From Nitrosopumilales archaeon (GTDB lineage: Archaea > Thermoproteota > Nitrososphaeria > Nitrososphaerales > Nitrososphaeraceae), in NCBI GenBank assembly GCA_044507735.1, contig JBIQJB010000023.1:1-36093 (forward strand): a DNA stretch of 36,093 bases, in the 5' to 3' direction. This document shows, in pieces, positions 1 through 9,518 of the stretch. Every line of letters starts with the position of its first letter. The stretch's first letter is position 1. Below the pieces are notes generated by a model. The model had not been told where the DNA came from. It did no database searches and worked only from the letters and a program-made list of their open reading frames with translations. The position numbers were made by a program, and so were the translations under genes.

Positions 1-54
1 CCCCAATATTGATAAAGGCTGAAAGTATATGAGATGATACCCAGAATTTGGGGG
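1..54 (+). promoter_or_regulatory. Probable CRISPR leader (proximal part, cut by window edge)
   Basis: Non-repeat sequence before the first repeat; AAAGTATATG TATA-like element at 22-31; repeats ending ATTGAAAG imply + strand transcription from this side. Confidence 0.45.
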
Positions 55-3000
55 GTTTGAATCGAACTATTATAGGATTGAAAGCTGCATGACATGCACC
101 ATGCCATAGCGTCACACCTGGTTTGAATCGAACTATTATAGGATTGAAAGTTGGTCTTTGAACCTGTAGTCCACCTCATACTTTAGGTTTGAATCGAACT
201 ATTATAGGATTGAAAGGATGTTCTACGCAAGTGCAAATGAACCGGGAGATATGTTTGAATCGAACTATTATAGGATTGAAAGATACGTTTTCTATTCCAT
301 AAAATGTCATGTTCGTGGGTTTGAATCGAACTATTATAGGATTGAAAGAAGGCAGAGAGTGTTCTTTCACAGCTCATAAAGGAGTTTGAATCGAACTATT
401 ATAGGATTGAAAGATCGCCTTCTTTGGTCATTGAGAGGACTAGACGCTCGTTTGAATCGAACTATTATAGGATTGAAAGCACAGACGACTGATCCAAAAA
501 CAAACTGTGCGGGTCGTTTGAATCGAACTATTATAGGATTGAAAGTGATCTGAGAATACGTGGCCTGCCCGCCGAGGGCCCTGTTTGAATCGAACTATTA
601 TAGGATTGAAAGGCCTTCAGATTGAGATCGACGGCAACTGGCTGGAAAGTTTGAATCGAACTATTATAGGATTGAAAGCGCAGCGTGATGCAGTATTTCC
701 GCTCATAGCACTCCGTTTGAATCGAACTATTATAGGATTGAAAGTTCCTTCCTGCACTCATCGCTGCATACGGCATGGAAGTTTGAATCGAACTATTATA
801 GGATTGAAAGGTGGTTTAATCGGTATGTTCTTGTAACCTCTTGGGGGTTTGAATCGAACTATTATAGGATTGAAAGACAACATCACGGAGGGCAAACAGA
901 AAATGAGATCAGGTTTGAATCGAACTATTATAGGATTGAAAGTAATCTCTGACATGGAATTTATCGCCTATGTTGTCGGTTTGAATCGAACTATTATAGG
1001 ATTGAAAGAAAGCCGACCTTGCCCGACTACGGACAGTGCGGTAAGTTTGAATCGAACTATTATAGGATTGAAAGTTTCAAAAGTATCCAGCCAGTCCTTG
1101 GCCAGATTTACGGTTTGAATCGAACTATTATAGGATTGAAAGAGATCAGTGCAGACGCTTGGAATAGGGCAGCTAGAGGGTTTGAATCGAACTATTATAG
1201 GATTGAAAGACCAATACGTTGATTGTGGTTGAATCCCGTAGCTCTGTTTGAATCGAACTATTATAGGATTGAAAGTGATCTCTAGTTGAGCAGAGGAAGA
1301 CACCTTCGCAGGTTTGAATCGAACTATTATAGGATTGAAAGAAATAACCCCCACGTGGACAACGCAGGACGAAGGGGGTTTGAATCGAACTATTATAGGA
1401 TTGAAAGAGCGTCCTCTTCATTCGGGGGGAACTCGATTACTTGTTTGAATCGAACTATTATAGGATTGAAAGTCCCATCGCTGACAACAGTGGCATGATT
1501 GCTTCTATGTTTGAATCGAACTATTATAGGATTGAAAGCCGAGCCACATTGTTTGCAAAAAAGGAGGATGGTGTGTTTGAATCGAACTATTATAGGATTG
1601 AAAGTCAGGTGTCTTCGGGGTAGATACTAGGATGATGATCGTTTGAATCGAACTATTATAGGATTGAAAGGGCCATCATCAGCTTCAGTATAGAATTCGG
1701 CAGTGCGTTTGAATCGAACTATTATAGGATTGAAAGTACCTAACCACAGTAATGTAAAACAGGCCAGCATGCGTTTGAATCGAACTATTATAGGATTGAA
1801 AGGCGGCAGGAGGTTCTACACTCCGCTGTTTGCCTGGGGGTTTGAATCGAACTATTATAGGATTGAAAGAAAGCAGATCTTGGGTAATGAGCCGCGGGTG
1901 TATCCGTTTGAATCGAACTATTATAGGATTGAAAGTTCAACTTACGTGGGCTGTTGATGGGTGGTGCTGGCGTTTGAATCGAACTATTATAGGATTGAAA
2001 GCACAGTCAGTTTGGATCAGTCGTCTGTGCGGGTCTCCGTTTGAATCGAACTATTATAGGATTGAAAGAATCTCGCACCAGCACAGAGCAAAGAATCGCA
2101 GCAAGTTTGAATCGAACTATTATAGGATTGAAAGCTGGATCAATCAGGTCAGGTTCAGTTCAGTTCTTCGGTTTGAATCGAACTATTATAGGATTGAAAG
2201 ATCAGCCCTCGTAGATTGAACGGGTCTAGTGTGTTGGTGTTTGAATCGAACTATTATAGGATTGAAAGCAGGGTGATGCGACAATCACACCCGTATACGC
2301 AATGTTTGAATCGAACTATTATAGGATTGAAAGTAGTCCGATTCAAACTCTGCAAGTTGGCAAACTGTTGTTTGAATCGAACTATTATAGGATTGAAAGT
2401 CAAATGTGCCACTCCCCTTCATGTCTAGACATTGTGTTTGAATCGAACTATTATAGGATTGAAAGATGGATCGACATGATTGGCTAGCCATTCCTTACCC
2501 TGTTTGAATCGAACTATTATAGGATTGAAAGTCGAGCAGTTCTGGAAGCCTGCTGTAGATTATCGCGTTTGAATCGAACTATTATAGGATTGAAAGTCGT
2601 GCCAAAGACTTCATGTTTCGTCCATGAAAAGCGTTTGAATCGAACTATTATAGGATTGAAAGTCAAGTATGAACCCTACAAGTACGGCGAAGGTAGTTTG
2701 AATCGAACTATTATAGGATTGAAAGATAGAATGCAGGCAACAGAACTACATTCCCAAAAATGTTTGAATCGAACTATTATAGGATTGAAAGGACGATGAA
2801 GAACAAGATGATAGTTACGACTGCGAGGTTTGAATCGAACTATTATAGGATTGAAAGGCAGCGGCCTCCGAGGGAGTCGGCCTTTGCGACTATGTTTGAA
2901 TCGAACTATTATAGGATTGAAAGTTGCGAGAATTTCGGGCTAGTCAAAATCAAACAAGTGTTTGAATCGAACTATTATAGGATTGAAAGTTGGTCGAGTT

Positions 3001-4314
3001 TAATGCTGCGCTGGTCTGCGAGGTTTGGTTTGAATCGAACTATTATAGGATTGAAAGGTGAATGGCATGTCTGCGTCTACCCTGTCTACCCTGTGTTTGA
3101 ATCGAACTATTATAGGATTGAAAGCACGCCCGTCTTTTTGTCCTGTGTCTTTTCGACTTCGTTTGAATCGAACTATTATAGGATTGAAAGTACTTGTAAG
3201 CATGGCCGCTTGCAAGCGACGTAAACTTGTTTGAATCGAACTATTATAGGATTGAAAGTACTTGTTGCTTCGTGATCAAAACATGGGCAGCGGTGTTTGA
3301 ATCGAACTATTATAGGATTGAAAGTGCCGAATTCAGAATTGGTCAAGAAATGTGAGGAGCAGTTTGAATCGAACTATTATAGGATTGAAAGGAACGAAGA
3401 CGAAGACCTTCAGATAGCGGCAGAGATGTTTGAATCGAACTATTATAGGATTGAAAGGTCTGCTGCGTCTTTTGGATCGAAGTTCTCTCCAGCTGTTTGA
3501 ATCGAACTATTATAGGATTGAAAGCACCCAATTGCGGTCAAGGTATCGCAGTTTTTTAACGTTTGAATCGAACTATTATAGGATTGAAAGGCGCATGAAC
3601 TATCCTCGCTGCATATCAGGGTAGATGTTTGAATCGAACTATTATAGGATTGAAAGTACTCTACCATGTAGCCAACAAAGAGACAGAGCCCTGTTTGAAT
3701 CGAACTATTATAGGATTGAAAGTCGGTAAAGTCGCTACTGCTAACACTAATCTCTGCCGTTTGAATCGAACTATTATAGGATTGAAAGATAACACAATGT
3801 CAGCATCCGCAATCGGTGTAAGAGGTTTGAATCGAACTATTATAGGATTGAAAGACGGGCAATGTGCTTAGACGAACCATGCTGAAGGTTTGAATCGAAC
3901 TATTATAGGATTGAAAGTTAATCAATTTCTCTTGGGCGATGCTTTAGAAAGGCGTTTGAATCGAACTATTATAGGATTGAAAGATGGCACACAAGTTTAT
4001 CAAAGGCAAGCTGCGAGATGTTTGAATCGAACTATTATAGGATTGAAAGAAAGACCTAATAAGACCAATGTTACAAGCAGGCTGCCCGTTTGAATCGAAC
4101 TATTATAGGATTGAAAGCAATCTATGCGAGCTCGTTGGAGTGAAGGGATCGAGTTTGAATCGAACTATTATAGGATTGAAAGACTGAATTTTGCGATAGT
4201 CTACCTTTAACCGGTTTAGTTTGAATCGAACTATTATAGGATTGAAAGTCGGTGCGCAGGCTCGGGGTGAATTTGCGCGCAGGAGTTTGAATCGAACTAT
4301 TATAGGATTGAAAG
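55..4314 (+). CRISPR. CRISPR array, 65 repeats / 64 spacers (33-38 bp); repeat GTTTGAATCGAACTATTATAGGATTGAAAG
   Basis: Repeats counted by hand from 55 to 4285 with ~66-bp period, all apparently identical. The 3' ATTGAAAG end is typical of Cas6-processed class 1 (type I-B/III-like) repeats. No cas genes in window. Confidence 0.99.
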
Positions 4315-4328
4315 CTAGTCTGGCTTCC

Positions 4329-4732
4329 GATCTTGGCAAGCAGACAAGCCAAAAGCTTCACAACTTTTGGAGCCACAACTACATCGTGAAGAGAATCAAG
4401 GAGCGCGGCGAAGAATATATGATATTGCAGAAGAAGTATCTGAGAAGGGGACATCAAAGACATGCTGCATCTGTGGACAGCAGCATAACGACAGACACAA
4501 TGGGAGAATCCACAGGGGATTGCATTACTGCAAGGAAAACAATGTAATAGTCAACGCAGACGTGAGCGGCGCGTACAACATTATGTTGGAAAAGGTAGCT
4601 GCAAATGGCTCTTCTTCTCCTGGATGTCTTGAGCAAGATACAACACAACAGGAGAGGAACAGTAGTAGCAGTAGCAGGCATTTGGCTATGCCCCTAATGC
4701 TCAGGTGGGAGAAGTACCATCGATGGCATTAG
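4329..4732 (+). pseudogene. tnpB: 3' remnant of IS200/IS605-family TnpB (RNA-guided nuclease), 5'-truncated and frameshifted
   Basis: DLGKQTSQKLHNFWSHNYIVKRIKERGEEY, a 2-bp shift in ATATAT at ~4415-4420, then DIAEEVSEKGTSKTCCICG (Zn finger) and NADVSGAYNI (RuvC-III). N-terminal domains and RuvC-I absent. Confidence 0.88.
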
Positions 4733-4769
4733 GAACAAGCCCATACTCTTTAGAGGTGAGAGAATTCAC
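4733..4769 (+). mobile_element. Right end of IS605/IS1341-type element
   Basis: CAAGCCCATACTCTTTAGAGGTGAGAGAATTCAC just after the tnpB stop: subterminal hairpin around TTTAG followed by terminal TCAC, the typical right-end layout of this family. Confidence 0.7.
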
Positions 4770-4896
4770 TTACGATGATGTCCCAAGGAGGCGAGTTCAG
4801 CTTTACCGTGTAAGGAGTGTAAGCGAGAGTTTCAGGCAGAGACAATAACTCTGTCGCTAATGAAAGGAAAAGGACTGCAGGGATCAACGTCGCCAT
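4770..4896 (-). pseudogene. 5' fragment of a secreted protein gene cut at the IS right end
   Basis: MATLIPAVLFLSLATELLSLPETLA-YTPYTVKLNSPPWDIIV: signal-peptide-like start and a propeller-blade-like beginning that runs into IS sequence at 4769/4770. Confidence 0.4.
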
Positions 4897-4912
4897 GAAA
4901 AAGTTCCTGGGA

Positions 4913-5668
4913 TCATTTTCCGTTACCGAGAAGATTATTGCTTTCCTTGTCTTCGCTCGCTGCAAGCAGTGAGAGGACCTTTTCACCGCTCCTTGTCAGA
5001 GAATAGTATCTTGTGGTTCCTATCCTGTTTTTCTCCTCTACAAGCCGGGCTTCAAGCAGCATATCAATGTGGTTGTCGATTGTCTTCCAGTCAACATTGA
5101 GCTCTTTTGCCAGCTGAAGCTTGTTCTTCTGCGCATTTCTCAGTGAATCTAGCAGACGCTGGCGCATCGGGCTTCCACGCATCTTTGCAACAAGTCTGAA
5201 GGTATCATAGTCATAGCCGTGACTGTTCCACTGCGACCTGACTTTTCCTCTCCAGATTACTGTTCCTATGAATGCGCCCCACGTTATGGGGAGGATGATG
5301 GGCGACGAACCGTAAACCGCTTCTACAAATTGCGCGCCGGAATCCTCTACGCTTGCTTCATACCGGCTTGTCTCAACAATTTGTAGCCTTGTATCCGTCT
5401 GGTCTTCTTCATCTGCATCTTTATCGGCGTCGCCCTCCTGGAAGCCATGGACGGTCTGAGGAGGAGCATCATCGTCGATCTCGGGTTGATCATTTATGTC
5501 AGGGTCTGTTATTACAAGCGAGACATCTCCGCTCCTACTTGCAAGCAGATGCGTAGAGAAGGTATCTGCCAGGGCTTTTGCCAGAACAACAGCGGTGATC
5601 GAAATCGCTATTATTGCCAGAACGATGAAAACAATGTCTATCGCTAGTCTGGAAGGAACCCATGGCAG
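4913..5668 (-). CDS. Membrane-anchored winged helix-turn-helix (ArsR-like) regulator, ~251 aa; start uncertain (CTG 5668)
   Basis: Frame of the 4913-5182 ORF stays open to 5692: TM1 (IDIVFIVLAIIAISITAVVLA), acidic linker, TM2 (PIILPITWGAFIGTVIW), then wHTH (KLQLAKELNVDWKTIDNHIDML...YYSLTRSG). No in-frame ATG/GTG/TTG upstream of 5182. Confidence 0.7.
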   Translation of the reverse strand: MPWVPSRLAIDIVFIVLAIIAISITAVVLAKALADTFSTHLLASRSGDVSLVITDPDINDQPEIDDDAPPQTVHGFQEGDADKDADEEDQTDTRLQIVETSRYEASVEDSGAQFVEAVYGSSPIILPITWGAFIGTVIWRGKVRSQWNSHGYDYDTFRLVAKMRGSPMRQRLLDSLRNAQKNKLQLAKELNVDWKTIDNHIDMLLEARLVEEKNRIGTTRYYSLTRSGEKVLSLLAASEDKESNNLLGNGK

Positions 5669-5827
5669 CTTGTAAGCCCGTTCTTGTATATTCTAATAAA
5701 GTTTTACCCAAACGGCCTGTAGTCGATGCACTGTGCTCAGCTAGGAGTTGGTCATGATGTCAGATCGACATTCTTTACTTAACGAGGCCTTTCTTTAGAT
5801 AAATCCTTATTAGTCTACTGCATATGC

Positions 5828-7372
5828 ATGTCACAGTTGCGGCGTCTGCTTGCAATATTTATGATTGTGGTGCTCTTCACCCTGCTCGCTCCCGTTGTAT
5901 CGTATGCTCAGGATGCCGAGCCAGTACACTTGCAAATTACCGAAGTTGAGCTCAACCCGCAAACAGGACCGCAGAGAATACAATGGATCGAGTTCTTTAA
6001 TCCAACAAACGATACCTTCACAGTCCTCGTAACTGTTACGACAGCTAGAGGAGCGCCAACCTTCGAAGCTGGTGCTGCGACTTTTTCGCCGGGCTATGCG
6101 GTTCTGACAATTTTCGAATTTGTCTCTGAGCCGCGTGTAAAAGTACACGGAGAACTTGGCTTTCCAAAGAACGGCACCTCGCTGGTAGTATATGTGGATG
6201 GCCGCGAGATCGCCAGAACTCCCGAGATATCAGATACCTTCTCTGATTCCCGGACATGGCAGTATGACCACGAAAGCCGGAGGTGGGCATTTGCAGAGTC
6301 TACAATGAACTGGCATGCAAGTAACATAGAGGAAAGGAGTATTGATGCAATAACTAGTCTCAGGCCTCTGGCAAGGTACGAGGCCAAAGATAGTGCATAT
6401 CTGCGCTCTATGGACTGGTCCCAAGACACACTGGTGTATTCTGCCGAAATAAACGGGAGGGTAGATATCTGGAGCATAGACACTGCAGATATCTCTGCAA
6501 AACCGCAAAGGCTGGAATTTGGACAGGAAATTTTCACTCCAGAGGGTCCAAGACTAAACCACGATGCGTCAAAGCTTCTGTTTATAGGGGCAACTGCCCC
6601 GCCCGGATCGCCCGACAGGCTGCCCGCGCTTTATGTCTCGAATGCCGACGGGACTGAGCTTAGGCAAATAGCGCTCAATGTTACCCGCGCTGACTGGGTA
6701 AATGCAACTGCCATCCTTTATTCCCAAAAAGAGTTGATAGACTCTGCTGCAGACGCAGGCACTCTATTTGTTTTTCTCAACCTGGAGACGGGCGAAGAGC
6801 TGGTCAAGAGAGAACCCGGATCCCTCTGGCTTGCCGAGGTCAGCCCGTCGGGCAAGCTTGCCTTGGCCATACGGCCCGTTAACTACTATGAGAGCGAATA
6901 CGTGATTGTGGAACTACCATCTTTTGAGGTGAGAAAACTGGATGTGCATGTTGCGACTGAACACTACTGGGGCGGAGGATACAGCCAACAAGAAGAGTTC
7001 CACTGGGCTGCCGATGACAGCCACCTCTTTTACATCAACCCCGAGGCCTTTGGAGCGGTATCAATCTACAGGGATGAAAATGCTGGCGTTTACAAGTCAG
7101 ATTCAAAAATTGTGTTAAGAACGTTTGATCCAAACAATATAGACTATTCGGGGAATAGACTTGCTTACGTTGCAAATCCCGTGCTGGGCGTCGATGGGAA
7201 AAGCATTGCATTCCTATATCCCGGTGACCATAATCGGGACTTTCCTGCGCAGATAATGATAGGTCAGCTTGCAGTGACGGTTCCAGAATTTGGCTCGATT
7301 GTGTTGGCATTGATGATGGCGACGGGAATGGCGGGCGCCGTCATTATTGCATATCGGCTGAGGGCTGCCTAG
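5828..7372 (+). CDS. Surface protein: signal peptide, lamin-tail-like domain, TolB-like beta-propeller, PEFG-CTERM anchor
   Basis: Signal peptide (...VSYA-Q); ITEVELNP...WIEFFNPT; propeller repeats (LYVSNADGT, VSPSGK); C-terminal VPEFG + TM + basic tail. Confidence 0.85.
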   Translation: MSQLRRLLAIFMIVVLFTLLAPVVSYAQDAEPVHLQITEVELNPQTGPQRIQWIEFFNPTNDTFTVLVTVTTARGAPTFEAGAATFSPGYAVLTIFEFVSEPRVKVHGELGFPKNGTSLVVYVDGREIARTPEISDTFSDSRTWQYDHESRRWAFAESTMNWHASNIEERSIDAITSLRPLARYEAKDSAYLRSMDWSQDTLVYSAEINGRVDIWSIDTADISAKPQRLEFGQEIFTPEGPRLNHDASKLLFIGATAPPGSPDRLPALYVSNADGTELRQIALNVTRADWVNATAILYSQKELIDSAADAGTLFVFLNLETGEELVKREPGSLWLAEVSPSGKLALAIRPVNYYESEYVIVELPSFEVRKLDVHVATEHYWGGGYSQQEEFHWAADDSHLFYINPEAFGAVSIYRDENAGVYKSDSKIVLRTFDPNNIDYSGNRLAYVANPVLGVDGKSIAFLYPGDHNRDFPAQIMIGQLAVTVPEFGSIVLALMMATGMAGAVIIAYRLRAA

Positions 7373-7662
7373 AGGCGTTTGGGTAAAAGTTTACAAGTAG
7401 TGTACATACCGGCCGCGCTGCTCGCTGTTCTCATCGTTCATGGTGGTGGGATGTTTTTCCACTGCAGTAATCAAAGAGGCTTACGTACTTTAAGCCTTGT
7501 TGACTCCAGTGTACAACAACCAATAACCAGTTGCAGCACAACAAGGTACAGAATTGAAGCAAGATGAAAAGAATGTGATTCTTGCTGATAGTGTTCTTGA
7601 ACTTTGCAAGAAACCGTGCATACTTGTTCCTTAATGAAAGAGCAAAATAGTCTGCCTGGACG

Positions 7663-7827
7663 CTAGTCTGATTTTCTATTAACTATGGATTTTTGTGCCG
7701 AGCTCCACTTGATGTTACCCTTCCTTTTCATCCATTCCACATATCTGTCCTGAAATTCCAGCCTTTCCCTAAAGTTAGCCTCCTTGATCTTTTCGAGCTC
7801 ATCTAGGTCTATTTCAGGAAGCTTCAT
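7663..7827 (-). CDS. Small charged helical protein (54 aa), partner of the upstream nucleotidyltransferase
   Basis: MKLPEIDLDELEKIKEANFRERLEFQDRYVEWMKRKGNIKWSSAQKSIVNRKSD; ATGA overlap with the stop of 7824-8426; below ORF-track cutoff. Confidence 0.75.
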   Translation of the reverse strand: MKLPEIDLDELEKIKEANFRERLEFQDRYVEWMKRKGNIKWSSAQKSIVNRKSD

Positions 7828-8426
7828 GTCAGATATTTATTGAATCTCCCTTCTTTATCAAGCTTTATCAAGAACTGAGTTAAAAGGCCCTTATCCAATC
7901 GGTCTTTAAATAGCATGTATAGATGTCTTGCATCCTCAATATCCTTCGAACTGCCTAGGAAAAGTTTGTACGGAATTTGAAGCTCGATTGGAGAGATTTT
8001 GAGGGAAATACCATTGAGAATTACTTCTATTCTGTTGGCCAGAACCCAGTTGTCTAGGTCCGGTGCCTTGGGGAACATAAATTCCATGTTGGGCACGAAC
8101 TCACCTTTGCGAGCGAACCTTATCGAAGCCCGCTGGCTAAGATACGTATCATATGCATCCTTTGGATTTTCAGTTATGATGCAGTCAAAGCTCTTTGCAA
8201 GTTCCACCGATAGCGCCAAAAATCGTTCTTCTGACATTCTTTCTACTATTACGTCAATGTCTTCAGACGACCTGCTCCTACCAAAGAGTATCGCGACATA
8301 GCCTGAGATCAGGACATAATTGATGTTAGACTTGTCTAAGACGTTTACAAAGTCAATGACCAGCTTGTCCAAATCGTTAAGCTCTTTGTCTAGCGTTATC
8401 TGGCGATCGGAGAAGTCTATTTCCAA
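7824..8426 (-). CDS. Pol-beta superfamily nucleotidyltransferase-like protein (putative TA component)
   Basis: YVLISGYVAILFGRSRSSEDIDVIV (hG..., DxD) and C-terminal YKLFLGSSKDIEDARHL. Confidence 0.8.
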   Translation of the reverse strand: MEIDFSDRQITLDKELNDLDKLVIDFVNVLDKSNINYVLISGYVAILFGRSRSSEDIDVIVERMSEERFLALSVELAKSFDCIITENPKDAYDTYLSQRASIRFARKGEFVPNMEFMFPKAPDLDNWVLANRIEVILNGISLKISPIELQIPYKLFLGSSKDIEDARHLYMLFKDRLDKGLLTQFLIKLDKEGRFNKYLT

Positions 8427-8492
8427 CGGGATAATTGCCTAGATGTAGCGTATAATCTAATCGCAAGATTATCCTGAGTAGCAGGAGCCGGA

Positions 8493-8774
8493 ATGGAAGC
8501 TTCAGGCAAGAGCTTTGAGCCTGAAACAATCAAGGTGATGATTGGTGTGAACAATACCGTCAGATGGATAAATCCAGACTACATTGCACACTGGATAGGA
8601 GCAGACGATCAAAGCGATCCAGAATTTTACAATGCAACAGGTGGCGAGCAGGGGAGCAAATTGATAGCACCCGGCGACTTCTTTGAATATACTTTTACAA
8701 GAGCCGGAGAGTTTGGCTACCATGGAAAGCCGTCGATGCGCGGAACTGTCATTGTGGTAGAATCTGAAAAGTAG
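8493..8774 (+). CDS. Cupredoxin/plastocyanin-fold protein, apparently 5'-truncated, degenerate copper site
   Basis: FEPETIKVMIGVNNTVRWIN...AH...PGDFFEYTFTRAGEFGYHGKPSMRGTVIV; no signal peptide, in-frame TGA at 8475-8477. Confidence 0.75.
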   Translation: MEASGKSFEPETIKVMIGVNNTVRWINPDYIAHWIGADDQSDPEFYNATGGEQGSKLIAPGDFFEYTFTRAGEFGYHGKPSMRGTVIVVESEK

Positions 8775-8848
8775 ACAAAGACCCCGCCTCGTAACGTTTG
8801 GATAAAAGCTCAAAAGAATGGTGCAGCTATTAGAATCCAGTCCATAAC

Positions 8849-9265
8849 ATGGAAAGAGGAAGCTCGCCTCTGATAAAAAGGCAGTTGATGATTGTGGGCG
8901 GCATCACTGCAGTGTCAGCTGTTGTGCTTTTCATGACCATTCGCACAATCAGTGAAGGAGACTCGTTCTCACCTGCAGAAATTCCATTCTTTTTCATAAA
9001 AGGGCAAGAGATTACTGTAAAGGGGATGTTTGTGGATTGCGTGCCAACAAAGATGCTGGACACATGCATCTCCGGATTCAGGTCAAGCGATGGTGCTTAC
9101 TTTGTTCTGATGGACCATAACATCGATGATTTGCGAGAGCTTGCCATTAAGGGGCATTTTCAGATTACCGGGAGATTCAGCACAACTGTCCCGGAACAAT
9201 TTCAAGCAGCTGATGTGGCAGGAGTGATTTATGTTGACTCTGTCATCCCAATTGATTCTGTTTAA
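8849..9265 (+). CDS. Hypothetical protein with N-terminal membrane anchor
   Basis: 138-aa ORF; hydrophobic N-terminal segment; beta-rich domain with a Cys pair. Confidence 0.65.
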   Translation: MERGSSPLIKRQLMIVGGITAVSAVVLFMTIRTISEGDSFSPAEIPFFFIKGQEITVKGMFVDCVPTKMLDTCISGFRSSDGAYFVLMDHNIDDLRELAIKGHFQITGRFSTTVPEQFQAADVAGVIYVDSVIPIDSV

Positions 9266-9518
9266 GACATAATAATGGACACTAGCAAAAGCCCTGCAGG
9301 CGCGTATGCGCGATACACAATGCTCAAGTAGACTTGTAGACGTTATTGCCACCACAGCTCAGATTCTCGCAGCGCTTGGACCCTGCACGTCTTTGCGCTT
9401 GTCTTGGTCCTTTGATTTGGGAAGTGGCAAAACCCTCAAAAGCAACAAATGCTGATCGTATGCCTGGTTGATAGGCAGCAGTAGGTTCAGTGAGCACCCG
9501 CCGGATAAGATAGGTCCA

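Noticed and set aside
1-25. Possible degenerate repeat ending CTGAAAG
   Set aside because: Needs several indels, leaves a 29-bp spacer, and lies on the expected leader side; cannot be fully excluded because the window cuts here.
55-4314. Spacers self-targeting the downstream element
   Set aside because: No match noticed, but an exhaustive comparison was not possible by eye; needs BLASTn-short.
176-4547. Many ORFs with NRTIIGLK / FESNYYRIE / FQSYNSSIQT / FNPIIVRFK repeats
   Set aside because: Translations of the CRISPR repeat, not genes.
4315-4732. Functional Cas12f-like effector next to the array
   Set aside because: Only the Zn finger and RuvC-III remain, frameshifted and without a start; the repeat is class 1-like.
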